Assembly: GCA_018674175.1 (NCBI GenBank)
Contig: JABHAT010000016.1
Coordinates: 1,463 to 65,462 of the forward strand
Reading direction: 5' to 3'
DNA: 64,000 bases
Source: Gammaproteobacteria bacterium
Lineage (GTDB): Bacteria > Pseudomonadota > Gammaproteobacteria > Poriferisulfidales > GCA-002705445
Part shown: piece after piece, positions 39,773-48,697 of the stretch
Numbering within the stretch: position 1 is the stretch's first letter
Layout: the number at the start of each line of letters is the position of its first letter
Notes under the pieces: generated by a model
Seen by the model: only the letters and a program-made list of their open reading frames with translations
Database searches by the model: none
Told to the model about the DNA's origin: nothing
Position numbers and translations under genes: made by a program

Positions 39773-40444
39773 ATGAAATTAATACCCGCAATAGATTTAA
39801 AAGATAATAAGGTTGTATTGGCTTCAGGAGGTAATAGGAGTAATTATAACCCACTGCCAACTTATCTTTCACCAACTTCTGACCCCATAATGTTTATAGA
39901 TTACCTTATATCTATCCATAATTTTAACACAATATATTTGGCAGATTTAGATTCTATTGAAAAATATAGTGTAAATAGTAAATTAATTAACTCAATACTA
40001 GAAAGATATAAAAATATAAGATTTATCATTGATAATGGCGTTAGAGAATTTTCACAAATCAATAAATATAAGTCAGAAAATTATATCCAGATAATAGCAA
40101 CTGAGAGTTATAAGGATTACAAATCTTTATTAAATAAAAAATTCAACAGCTATATACTTTCATTGGATTATTCTGAAGGTAAAGTGCTTTCAAAAAATAA
40201 AGACTACATGCTAATTAACCCAAAAAAAGTAATAAGTATGAGTTTAAATAATATAGGTTCAAATCATGGTCCAAACAAAGATAATCTTATTACTACAAAA
40301 AATATTTATCCGCTATCAAATATTATTGTTTCTGGTGGTGTTCGTAATAATAGTGATATTGAAAAACTAAAAAAAGAAGAAATTAAAGAGGTTATATTAC
40401 TAACAGCTATTCTTAAAAAGAGTATTTTATATAATAATTTATGA
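39773..40444 (+). CDS. HisA/HisF-family TIM-barrel protein (COG1411-like), not in a his operon
   Basis: 223 aa. MKLIPAIDLKDNKVVLASGG and IYLADLDSIE are ProFAR-isomerase-like N-terminal motifs, with a C-terminal VSGGVRN phosphate-binding loop. Confidence 0.6.
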   Translation: MKLIPAIDLKDNKVVLASGGNRSNYNPLPTYLSPTSDPIMFIDYLISIHNFNTIYLADLDSIEKYSVNSKLINSILERYKNIRFIIDNGVREFSQINKYKSENYIQIIATESYKDYKSLLNKKFNSYILSLDYSEGKVLSKNKDYMLINPKKVISMSLNNIGSNHGPNKDNLITTKNIYPLSNIIVSGGVRNNSDIEKLKKEEIKEVILLTAILKKSILYNNL

Positions 40445-41071
40445 TAAAATATTTTTAAATTTTTCAATTAAAGCTAATTCTATTTGACGACAAACTTCTT
40501 TCTTGCTGCAATTTGCATCTATTCTTTTGATTCTATTCTTATTATTATTTAGTTGGTACTTATAACCTTTATAAACATCTTCAAAAAAAGAGTTTTCAAG
40601 ATTTTCAAATCTATCTTTTTTTTTATTTTTTGGGAATCTTTTTTCAGCCAAGTTATATGGTAAATCAAAAAACATTGTTATATCTGGAATCATATTATCT
40701 GTAAAATTATCAATTAAAATATTAATTTTTTCTAAATTTATTTTTTTACCATAACCTTGGTACGCTATTGAGGCATCTATAAATCTATCACATAAAACCC
40801 AATAACCCTGATCTATTTTAGGCTTTATAATCTCCTCAATATGTTGATTTCTTATTGAAAATAATAGTAATAATTCTGCCTCTGCGGAAATATTTGTTTT
40901 GTTACTAAGCAAGATGTCTCTTAGAGATTCACCGTACTTTGTTCCTCCGGGCTCTCTAGTACAATATACTAAAATATTATTATCTTCTAAATATTTCTTA
41001 ATAGATTTTATGGTTGTTGATTTACCAACACCCTCAATACCTTCAAAACTAATTAATTTTCCTTTGCTCAT
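40439..41071 (-). CDS. tmk: Thymidylate kinase
   Basis: 210 aa. P-loop ISFEGIEGVGKST and DRF motif. Confidence 0.9.
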   Translation of the reverse strand: MSKGKLISFEGIEGVGKSTTIKSIKKYLEDNNILVYCTREPGGTKYGESLRDILLSNKTNISAEAELLLLFSIRNQHIEEIIKPKIDQGYWVLCDRFIDASIAYQGYGKKINLEKINILIDNFTDNMIPDITMFFDLPYNLAEKRFPKNKKKDRFENLENSFFEDVYKGYKYQLNNNKNRIKRIDANCSKKEVCRQIELALIEKFKNILS

Positions 41072-41074
41072 ATT

Positions 41075-42073
41075 TTATTTCTTCTGATATTTATTTACAG
41101 CGTTTACATGATCTCTATAATTTGTTGAAAAAACATGCTTACCATTATTATTTGCCACAAAAAATAAAAATTTACTCTCTGCTGGTCTACTTGCTGCTCT
41201 TATTGAGCTTTCACTGGGTGAGCAAATTGGTGTTTTTGGTAAACCATTAATTCTATATGTATTATATTCATTCTTTTCTCGTAAGTCTTTTTTAGTAATA
41301 TTACCTTTGAAATTCTTAATTCCATATATTACAGTTGGGTCTGCTTGCAACCTCATATCTTTTCTCAATCTATTAATAAAAACACTTGCTATTAAAGGCT
41401 TTTCTAATAAATCAGAAGATTCTTTTTCAATTATTGAAGCCATAATAAGCATCTCATAAGGAGACTTGTATGGTAAAGAATAATCTCTATTCTTCCAATA
41501 ATCTAATAAAATACTTTCCATTTTTTGCGAACAACTCATAAGTATGTCGTTCAATAAGGCTCCTGAAGAAAATTTATACGTATCAGGAAAACACATTCCC
41601 TCATTAGTTAAAAATTTAATAGAAGATTTTCTTAAAGGCTCAGAAAAATTAATATTTTTTACATTATTTATATGATTATTTTCTACTAATAATTTAATAA
41701 TTTCTTTAAAACTAGATCCTTCAATAATAGTAATTTTTTCTTGGTATAAATTACCATCTAAAAATTTCTCTAAAATACTTAATTCTGTATCATTTTTAGA
41801 AATTTTATATTTCCCACTAATGAATTTAGGATTTATATTATACATGTAAGAAATTATTTTAAATCTTAAAGTGCTGCTAATAAGATTGCTATCTTTTAAA
41901 TCCCTAATAGTCTTTGTTACACTTTCTCCTTTTTCTATATAAAATATTTTTTTATTTTCATTATAGATAATAATATTTCTTGAATAATTTAAATAAGAAA
42001 AAATCAATAATAAAAGTATTGAAGATAAAAAAAATATTAATTTAACTGATAAAATTTTATTTATAGGCTTCAT
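41075..42073 (-). CDS. mltG: Endolytic murein transglycosylase MltG (YceG)
   Basis: 332 aa. N-terminal TM, ASIIEKES, YNTYRINGLPKTPICSPS. Confidence 0.85.
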   Translation of the reverse strand: MKPINKILSVKLIFFLSSILLLLIFSYLNYSRNIIIYNENKKIFYIEKGESVTKTIRDLKDSNLISSTLRFKIISYMYNINPKFISGKYKISKNDTELSILEKFLDGNLYQEKITIIEGSSFKEIIKLLVENNHINNVKNINFSEPLRKSSIKFLTNEGMCFPDTYKFSSGALLNDILMSCSQKMESILLDYWKNRDYSLPYKSPYEMLIMASIIEKESSDLLEKPLIASVFINRLRKDMRLQADPTVIYGIKNFKGNITKKDLREKNEYNTYRINGLPKTPICSPSESSIRAASRPAESKFLFFVANNNGKHVFSTNYRDHVNAVNKYQKK

Positions 42074-42875
42074 AGTTAATAATATTAATTAAATTTATAA
42101 TATTTTTATTTGATTTATATTTGTGCCCTTCTATGGAATTTATATTCCATATTAACCTTATAGAGTTGCAAAAGAATGCCCCATCATAATTAGTTATTGT
42201 ATTTTTTTTTATTTTTTTCTGTATAACTTTAGTTTTATTTTTTTTCAAAATCTTTATGATATTTAACTTCATTATTCCTTCAACACCAGATTGCTCTATT
42301 AGTGGAGTATAAAAAGTATTATTTCTTACAAAGAAAATATTGCTTGCTACACCTTCTATGACATATTCTTTTTTATCACATAATATTAACTCAGGGTATG
42401 CTTGTGTAATTTCACTTGTTGCTAAAACTTGCTCCAGTCTATTTGTGTGTTTTATTTTAGATAAACTATTACAATCACTAATGTTAGACTTTGCAAATTT
42501 TGTTTTAATTCCTTTTTGAGTATAAATTTTTGGATAATTGTGTAAAGGAGATGTAGTTAAAATGATATTTGGCTTTATATTGCCAACTCTAATGTTATAA
42601 CCTCTTCTTTTTACTGTGCCTCTTGTAATATTTATACTGAGTGAACAATTTCTTACACCCTTTAAACATTTTTTAATATGTCTATACAATAAATTAATAT
42701 CTAGATTTCTTATTTTTAATACTTTGCAACCTGATTTAATTCTTTCAATATGTTCATCAAGATTTTTAGGTTGGTTATTAACTACAAGGATTGTTTCAAA
42801 AACACTGTCGCCGTAAAGAAACCCTCTATCAAATATTGAAATACTTGAGCTAGATTTTCCATTAACTAAATTCAT
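42057..42875 (-). CDS. pabC: Aminodeoxychorismate lyase (class IV aminotransferase fold)
   Basis: 272 aa. DRGFLYGDSVFET. Conserved position between fabF and mltG. Confidence 0.75.
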   Translation of the reverse strand: MNLVNGKSSSSISIFDRGFLYGDSVFETILVVNNQPKNLDEHIERIKSGCKVLKIRNLDINLLYRHIKKCLKGVRNCSLSINITRGTVKRRGYNIRVGNIKPNIILTTSPLHNYPKIYTQKGIKTKFAKSNISDCNSLSKIKHTNRLEQVLATSEITQAYPELILCDKKEYVIEGVASNIFFVRNNTFYTPLIEQSGVEGIMKLNIIKILKKNKTKVIQKKIKKNTITNYDGAFFCNSIRLIWNINSIEGHKYKSNKNIINLINIINYEAYK

Positions 42876-42877
42876 AT

Positions 42878-44128
42878 TTACATACGTTTAAAAATCAATG
42901 TGCCATTCGTTCCACCAAAACCAAATGAATTAGACATCGCAATATTTATATTTGTTTCTCTTGCAATATTTGGTACATAATCTAAATCACATTCAGGGTC
43001 CTGGTCATTCAAGTTAATGGTTGGGGGTATGGTATTGTCTTTTATGGATAATGCACAAAATACTGCCTCAACACCACCAGCTGCTCCTAAAAGATGCCCT
43101 ATCATTGATTTAGTAGAGCTTATTGGGGTATTCTTTGCGTTTTCAATACCTAATGCTGCTTTAATAGCGTCTGTTTCTGCCTTATCACCAGCTGGTGTAG
43201 ATGTGCCATGAGCATTTATATAGTCTATCTCATTCTTGTTCAAAGAAGCTTCTTTCAAAGCCTGCTCCATACATCTTGCAGCTCCAACTCCTCCTGCAGC
43301 AGGCTGAGTCATGTGATGTGCATCACTATTCATTCCAAACCCAACTAACTCACAATATATTTCCGCTCCACGTTTTTTTGCATGGTCATAATCTTCTAAA
43401 ACCATTATTCCTGCACCATCACCAAGCACAAACCCATTTCTATTTATATCCCATGGTTTGCTTGCTGACTCTGGATCATCGTTATTTGTAGAACACAAAG
43501 CTCTTGCAGAAGCAAAACCACCAATACCTAAAGGACATGTAGCCATTTCAGCTCCGCCAGCAATCATGCAATCAACATAGCCATGTTTGATTAGTCTTGC
43601 AGCATCCCCAATACTATGGGTGCCTGTTGCACATGCAGATACTAGAGACATATTGGGTCCTGTAATTCCGTACATGATAGATAAATTACCTGACACCATA
43701 TTTATTATTGAGCTCGGTACAAAGTAAGGTGATATTTTTCTAGGCCCTTTTTCTAAAAAATTTCCATAGTTTCTCTCTATGTAAGGCAAGCCTCCAATTC
43801 CAGAACCGATTGATACACCTATTCTATCTCTATTCTCATCATTTATTTCCAAACCAGCATCTTTGATTGCCATGACGCTAGCCCCAATACCATAATGAAT
43901 AAATGTATCCATTTTTTTTTGGTCTTTAGGAGTAATAAAATCTTCCGCATTAAAATCAATAACAGATCCGGCTATTTGCACTGAAAATAAAGAGGCATCA
44001 AAAGAGCTGATCTTTCTTATACCGCTAACACCATTCTTTATGTTATCCCAAGCCTTATTTACTGTTGACCCTACTGGTGATACCAAGCCTAACCCTGTTA
44101 TTACTACACGTCTTGTATTTTCTGTCAT
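42878..44128 (-). CDS. fabF: 3-oxoacyl-ACP synthase II
   Basis: 416 aa. Active-site SACATGTHSIGDA, HGTSTPAGD, GHLLGAAG. Confidence 0.95.
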   Translation of the reverse strand: MTENTRRVVITGLGLVSPVGSTVNKAWDNIKNGVSGIRKISSFDASLFSVQIAGSVIDFNAEDFITPKDQKKMDTFIHYGIGASVMAIKDAGLEINDENRDRIGVSIGSGIGGLPYIERNYGNFLEKGPRKISPYFVPSSIINMVSGNLSIMYGITGPNMSLVSACATGTHSIGDAARLIKHGYVDCMIAGGAEMATCPLGIGGFASARALCSTNNDDPESASKPWDINRNGFVLGDGAGIMVLEDYDHAKKRGAEIYCELVGFGMNSDAHHMTQPAAGGVGAARCMEQALKEASLNKNEIDYINAHGTSTPAGDKAETDAIKAALGIENAKNTPISSTKSMIGHLLGAAGGVEAVFCALSIKDNTIPPTINLNDQDPECDLDYVPNIARETNINIAMSNSFGFGGTNGTLIFKRM

Positions 44129-44164
44129 TTTAATTTTGTGATTCTATAGATATATTAAATAAAT

Positions 44165-44398
44165 TTACTTGCTATTAGCATTAACATAAGCGTTAGCTTG
44201 TGCAACCGTAGTTATCTTTTCAGCCTCTTCATCTGGTATTTCACAGTCAAATTCTTCTTCTAAGGCCATAACTAATTCTACAGTATCTAATGAGTCTGCA
44301 CCTAAATCATCTACAAAAGAAGCGTTTTCTGTAACTTGCTCTTCCTTAACGCCTAATTGCTCTATTACTACCTTTTTTACTCTTTCTTCATTACTCAT
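44165..44398 (-). CDS. acpP: Acyl carrier protein
   Basis: 77 aa. [13 protein letters not shown] phosphopantetheine site. Confidence 0.95.
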   Translation of the reverse strand: MSNEERVKKVVIEQLGVKEEQVTENASFVDDLGADSLDTVELVMALEEEFDCEIPDEEAEKITTVAQANAYVNANSK

Positions 44399-44479
44399 AC
44401 TGTCCCCTGTTTGTTATCAAGCTTTTTTAAAAACTCGCTCATTCTATTAAATTAATGCAAAATAATCCAGAAATGATTA

Positions 44480-45223
44480 CTATTGCATAAATAATCCTCC
44501 GTTAACATTTATTGTTTCACCAGTTATATAGGAAGCTTTCTCTGAAGCCAAAAACGCTACTGCATAAGCAATATCAATAGGATTTCCCATTTTTGACATT
44601 GGTATATTTTTTGAAATTTGATCTTTTTGAGTGTCATTAAGCTTGTTAGTCATATCAGTTTCTATAAAGCCTGGAGATACACAATTAACAGTGATTCCTC
44701 TTGTTGCAACTTCTTTTGCTAAAGATTTACAAAAACCAATCATTCCAGATTTTGTGGTTACATAGTTTGATTGGCCAGCATTTCCAGTACTAGCGACCAC
44801 TGAAGATATGCAAATAATTCTTCCATTTCTTTTTTTAATCATAGGCTTAAGGAATACTTTTGATATTCTATATAAAGAGTTTATATTAGTTTCAATAGTA
44901 TCAAACCACTGACTATCATCCATACGAATCAATAAATTATCATTTGTTATACCCGCATTATTAACTAAAACATCTGGGGTGTCAGAGTAATCTTCTTTAA
45001 TTTTATCAAATAATTGATTAACAGAATCCTGACTCTTAATATCAAGAATATATGCTTTTCCATCAATATTATTTTGTTCAAATTCTTTTGCAAGAGAATT
45101 TGTTGAGCTATCACTTGTACCAGTGCCAATAACAATAAAATTGTTAGAAGCTAGCTCTTTAGCAATTGCAAGACCTATTCCTCTTGTAGCACCAGTAATT
45201 AAGGCTATCTTTTTATCACTCAT
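44480..45223 (-). CDS. fabG: 3-oxoacyl-ACP reductase
   Basis: 247 aa. TGATRGIGLAIA, NNAGI, YVTTK (YxxxK). Confidence 0.9.
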   Translation of the reverse strand: MSDKKIALITGATRGIGLAIAKELASNNFIVIGTGTSDSSTNSLAKEFEQNNIDGKAYILDIKSQDSVNQLFDKIKEDYSDTPDVLVNNAGITNDNLLIRMDDSQWFDTIETNINSLYRISKVFLKPMIKKRNGRIICISSVVASTGNAGQSNYVTTKSGMIGFCKSLAKEVATRGITVNCVSPGFIETDMTNKLNDTQKDQISKNIPMSKMGNPIDIAYAVAFLASEKASYITGETINVNGGLFMQ

Positions 45224-46146
45224 ATATTAATCACACTCTCCAATGCGACATCTAAACTATTAGAATCCGAAACTGATAGTGATTTTATACTATTATCAAT
45301 TCTTTTGTTAAAAGAAGTGAGTATTTTTCCAGGACCTAGCTCTAAAAGAACGTCAACACCTTGTTGCTCCATATACTCGATAGTTTCAACCCATCTTACC
45401 GAAGAATATAGTTGGCGTACCAAAGCATCTTTAATTAAATCTTCTTTAACTTCTGCTTGCACATCTACATTATTAATAACAGGAATTGTTGGTTCGGCAA
45501 AATTAACCTTACTAACAAAGTTTTTAAATATTTCTGCTTGATCGAACATTAAAGATGAATGTGCAGCAACACTTACTGGAATAGGAATAACTTTTTTTGC
45601 TTTTTTTGTTATAGCTAGATCTGATAATTCTTTAATACCTTTAGAAGATCCTGATATAACTATTTGACCAGGAGCATTTATATTTGCAATGCTTACAGAA
45701 TCTAATGCATTGTCTTCACAAATACTTTTAAGTAGTTGATAATCTATACCAATTATTGCAGCCATTTTACCCTCAGGTGCATTTTTCATGCACTCTGCTC
45801 TTTTTTTTACAAGCTTAACTGCATCTTTAAATTTTAAAGAACCTGATGCACATAGGGCTGTATATTCACCGAAACTATGTCCAGCCATAAAAATTGGCAT
45901 TTCTCCGCCCTCGTCTTCCCATATTTTCCATATAGAAAAAGCTGAGCACAACATTATAGGCTGTGTAAATTCTGTATCGTTAATTTTTGATTCAGGGCCG
46001 TTTTTTGTTATTTTCCATAAATCGCATGATAATAAGTCTGATGCTTCCTCAAAAATTTCAGACACTACACTGTATGATGATTTAAGATCTTTAAGCATTC
46101 CTATACTTTGAGAACCTTGACCAGGAAATAAAATACCTAAACTCAT
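45220..46146 (-). CDS. fabD: Malonyl CoA-ACP transacylase
   Basis: 308 aa. FPGQGSQ and GHSFGEYTAL. Confidence 0.9.
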   Translation of the reverse strand: MSLGILFPGQGSQSIGMLKDLKSSYSVVSEIFEEASDLLSCDLWKITKNGPESKINDTEFTQPIMLCSAFSIWKIWEDEGGEMPIFMAGHSFGEYTALCASGSLKFKDAVKLVKKRAECMKNAPEGKMAAIIGIDYQLLKSICEDNALDSVSIANINAPGQIVISGSSKGIKELSDLAITKKAKKVIPIPVSVAAHSSLMFDQAEIFKNFVSKVNFAEPTIPVINNVDVQAEVKEDLIKDALVRQLYSSVRWVETIEYMEQQGVDVLLELGPGKILTSFNKRIDNSIKSLSVSDSNSLDVALESVINI

Positions 46147-46297
46147 TCTTAACTCCTTAAATTAAAATTTATATAACAAAAAAAATTACCACACAAAGCA
46201 TCTATACAAATGAAAATAAATTTCTGATATACTTTCTTATAAGTTTTTTAACTTAAAAACAAAAATAATACAATATTTAATTTCACTTAAAGGAATC

Positions 46298-46516
46298 ATG
46301 GCTAAAGAAGAACACATAGAGATGGAAGGAACGGTTGTTGAGACACTTCCTAACACAATGTTTAGAGTAGAGCTAGAGAATGGACATATTGTAACTGCTC
46401 ATATTTCTGGCAAGATGAGAAAAAATTATATTAGAATACTAACTGGCGATAAAGTAACTGTTGCGCTAACACCCTATGATTTAACAAAAGGTAGAATTAC
46501 CTTTAGAGATAGATAA
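46298..46516 (+). CDS. infA: Translation initiation factor IF-1
   Basis: 72 aa. [30 protein letters not shown] is near-identical to the bacterial IF-1 consensus. Confidence 0.95.
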   Translation: MAKEEHIEMEGTVVETLPNTMFRVELENGHIVTAHISGKMRKNYIRILTGDKVTVALTPYDLTKGRITFRDR

Positions 46517-46533
46517 AATATTTAATAATCAAA

Positions 46534-46986
46534 ATGTCATGGGTACCTCACATCACTGTAGCTTCAATAATAGAAAAAGATAATAAATTCTTGTTCGTGG
46601 AAGAATATGTAAAAAATAATATTGTCCTAAATCAGCCTGCTGGTCATCTTGAAGAAAATGAAACTATTGAAGAAGGTTGTATTAGAGAGACTCTTGAAGA
46701 AACAGCTTACGAAGTTAAAGTAGACCATCTTATAGGTGTTTACCAAGAAAGAAGAAAAGGAGCCTTAGATATGTGGCTGAGATTCTGCTTTAAATGCACT
46801 ATTCAGAAAGAATTTTCTGATAGAGAATTAGATAAAAATATTATTAGGAAAGTTTGGTTAACTAAAGAAGAGGTCTTAATGCCTGAAAGGAAATTAAGAA
46901 GTGAAATGGTTATAAAATGCATAAATGATTTTAATGATGGAAAAATATATCCTAAAGAAATCATTAGTTCTTTACTAGAAAAATGA
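46534..46986 (+). CDS. nudJ: NUDIX hydrolase (NudJ-like)
   Basis: 150 aa. Nudix box GHLEENETIEEGCIRETLEETAY. Sits directly upstream of mnmA, as nudJ does in E. coli. Confidence 0.65.
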   Translation: MSWVPHITVASIIEKDNKFLFVEEYVKNNIVLNQPAGHLEENETIEEGCIRETLEETAYEVKVDHLIGVYQERRKGALDMWLRFCFKCTIQKEFSDRELDKNIIRKVWLTKEEVLMPERKLRSEMVIKCINDFNDGKIYPKEIISSLLEK

Positions 46987-48065
46987 ATGAAAAAATTATC
47001 ATAGGTCTTTCTGGCGGAGTTGATTCTACAGTATCGATGAAACTTTTAAAAGATAAGGGCTATAATATAGAAGCTCTGTTTATGAAAAATTGGAGTGATA
47101 ATGATAAAACTGATGGTTGCAACATTATTGAAGATCTAGAGTATGCAATAGATGCTTGTGATAAGTTAAATATAAAACTTCATACAGCTAACTTTTCAGA
47201 GCAATACTGGAATAATATATTTTTAGATTTTATTGATAGTTATAAAAATGGCTGCACACCAAATCCAGATATTCTTTGCAATAAATATATAAAATTTAAA
47301 GTTTTTAAAGACCATGCATATAAACTTGGCGCAAAAAAAATTGCTACTGGTCATTATGCAAAAATTAATAATATCAAAGAAACATACTTTCTAACAAAAC
47401 CCAAAGATAATAAAAAAGATCAAACATACTTTCTTCATACGCTTGATCAAAAACAACTTTCAAACGTTATCTTTCCTTTATCTAACATAACAAAAGATGA
47501 GGTAAAAAAAATTGCTAAAAATATTGGTTTTAAATCATATAATAAAAAAGAAAGTATGGGTATATGTTTTATAGGAAATAAAAAATTCAAGAACTTTATT
47601 AATAAATATATTGAAAATAATCCAGGAGAAATAGTAGATACCAGTGGTAAAGTTATAGGAAAACATAACGGAATGTTTTATACAACAATTGGGCAAAGAG
47701 AAGGTATTGGAATTGGGGGTATGAAAAATACAAAAAACTTACCTTGGTATGTTTATAAAAAAGATTTAAATAAAAATATTTTATATGTTTGTCAAGGCAA
47801 CGAAAATACACTTCTTTATAAAACTAAGATTTATATTAGAGACATTCATGTTATTACAAATAACGAAAAAGATGTTTTAGAAAAAAAACTTCTTTGCCAG
47901 GTCAGGCATTTAGGTGATAAATATGAATGTGTTATAAGCAAAGAAAAAGAAAACTTGTTCTGTGTAAATAGTAAAGAAAAAATTAGGGCACCTGCTCCAG
48001 GACAATCACTTGTTTTTTTTGAATGCGAGAAATGCTTGGGTGGAGGAATAATAACTAATGATTAA
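46983..48065 (+). CDS. mnmA: tRNA 2-thiouridine(34) synthase
   Basis: 360 aa. PP-loop GLSGGVDSTVS, catalytic Cys context, ATGHYA. Confidence 0.9.
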   Translation: MNEKIIIGLSGGVDSTVSMKLLKDKGYNIEALFMKNWSDNDKTDGCNIIEDLEYAIDACDKLNIKLHTANFSEQYWNNIFLDFIDSYKNGCTPNPDILCNKYIKFKVFKDHAYKLGAKKIATGHYAKINNIKETYFLTKPKDNKKDQTYFLHTLDQKQLSNVIFPLSNITKDEVKKIAKNIGFKSYNKKESMGICFIGNKKFKNFINKYIENNPGEIVDTSGKVIGKHNGMFYTTIGQREGIGIGGMKNTKNLPWYVYKKDLNKNILYVCQGNENTLLYKTKIYIRDIHVITNNEKDVLEKKLLCQVRHLGDKYECVISKEKENLFCVNSKEKIRAPAPGQSLVFFECEKCLGGGIITND

Positions 48066-48675
48066 ACTTGGAAATATTGACGATAATTATATTATATCTT
48101 TATCAGCTCTTCTTCATAGCTCGTATTTAGTTAATAAAATTGCTACAACAGGGCAAAATTACTCGAATCAAGCTGAGATGCTTATCAGAAGTATTTACAA
48201 AACTGACACCTTTGATACAAAATCAATATACAAGAATTATAACGAATTACACGATGGCTATGTGGTTCTAAAGAAAATATTAACTGGCAATACTGATATT
48301 CCATTAATTACTATGCAAAAATATGCATTAAACATGATATTGATACAAAAAAATATAAATAAAATCAATGATTTAAAATATTTAATCAGAAAAAAAATTG
48401 ATAATTATCAGGAAAACAGTATGATGGCTACAAATCTAGGTGACCTAATTGCTTATACTGAAGAAATTTATACAGAGCATATTGGCATCATAAGACCAAG
48501 AGTTGTAGTATCTGGTAAAAAAGAATATTTAGAGAAAAATTCTTCATTGATAAGAGCTTTATTGTTAAGTGGAATAAGAGCTTCTTTTTTATGGGATTAT
48601 TATGGTGGGTCAAAATGGCAACTCATGTTCAGAAGAAAAGAAATTTTAAATAAATGTGAAAAATTTTTTATTTAA
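48058..48675 (+). CDS. hflD: High frequency of lysogenization protein HflD homolog
   Basis: 205 aa. C-terminal LLSGIRASFLWDYYGGSKWQLMFRR aligns to E. coli HflD [25 protein letters not shown]. Confidence 0.75.
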   Translation: MIKLGNIDDNYIISLSALLHSSYLVNKIATTGQNYSNQAEMLIRSIYKTDTFDTKSIYKNYNELHDGYVVLKKILTGNTDIPLITMQKYALNMILIQKNINKINDLKYLIRKKIDNYQENSMMATNLGDLIAYTEEIYTEHIGIIRPRVVVSGKKEYLEKNSSLIRALLLSGIRASFLWDYYGGSKWQLMFRRKEILNKCEKFFI

Positions 48676-48697
48676 TTTAAAACAAGGATAAATTTTA

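Noticed and set aside
46147-46297. Promoter or leader elements in the 151-nt fabD/infA divergent region, and in the cspA 5' leader (19236-19324).
   Set aside because: In this AT-rich DNA, many hexamers resemble TATAAT or TTGACA. I could not single out a defensible -35/-10 pair by eye.
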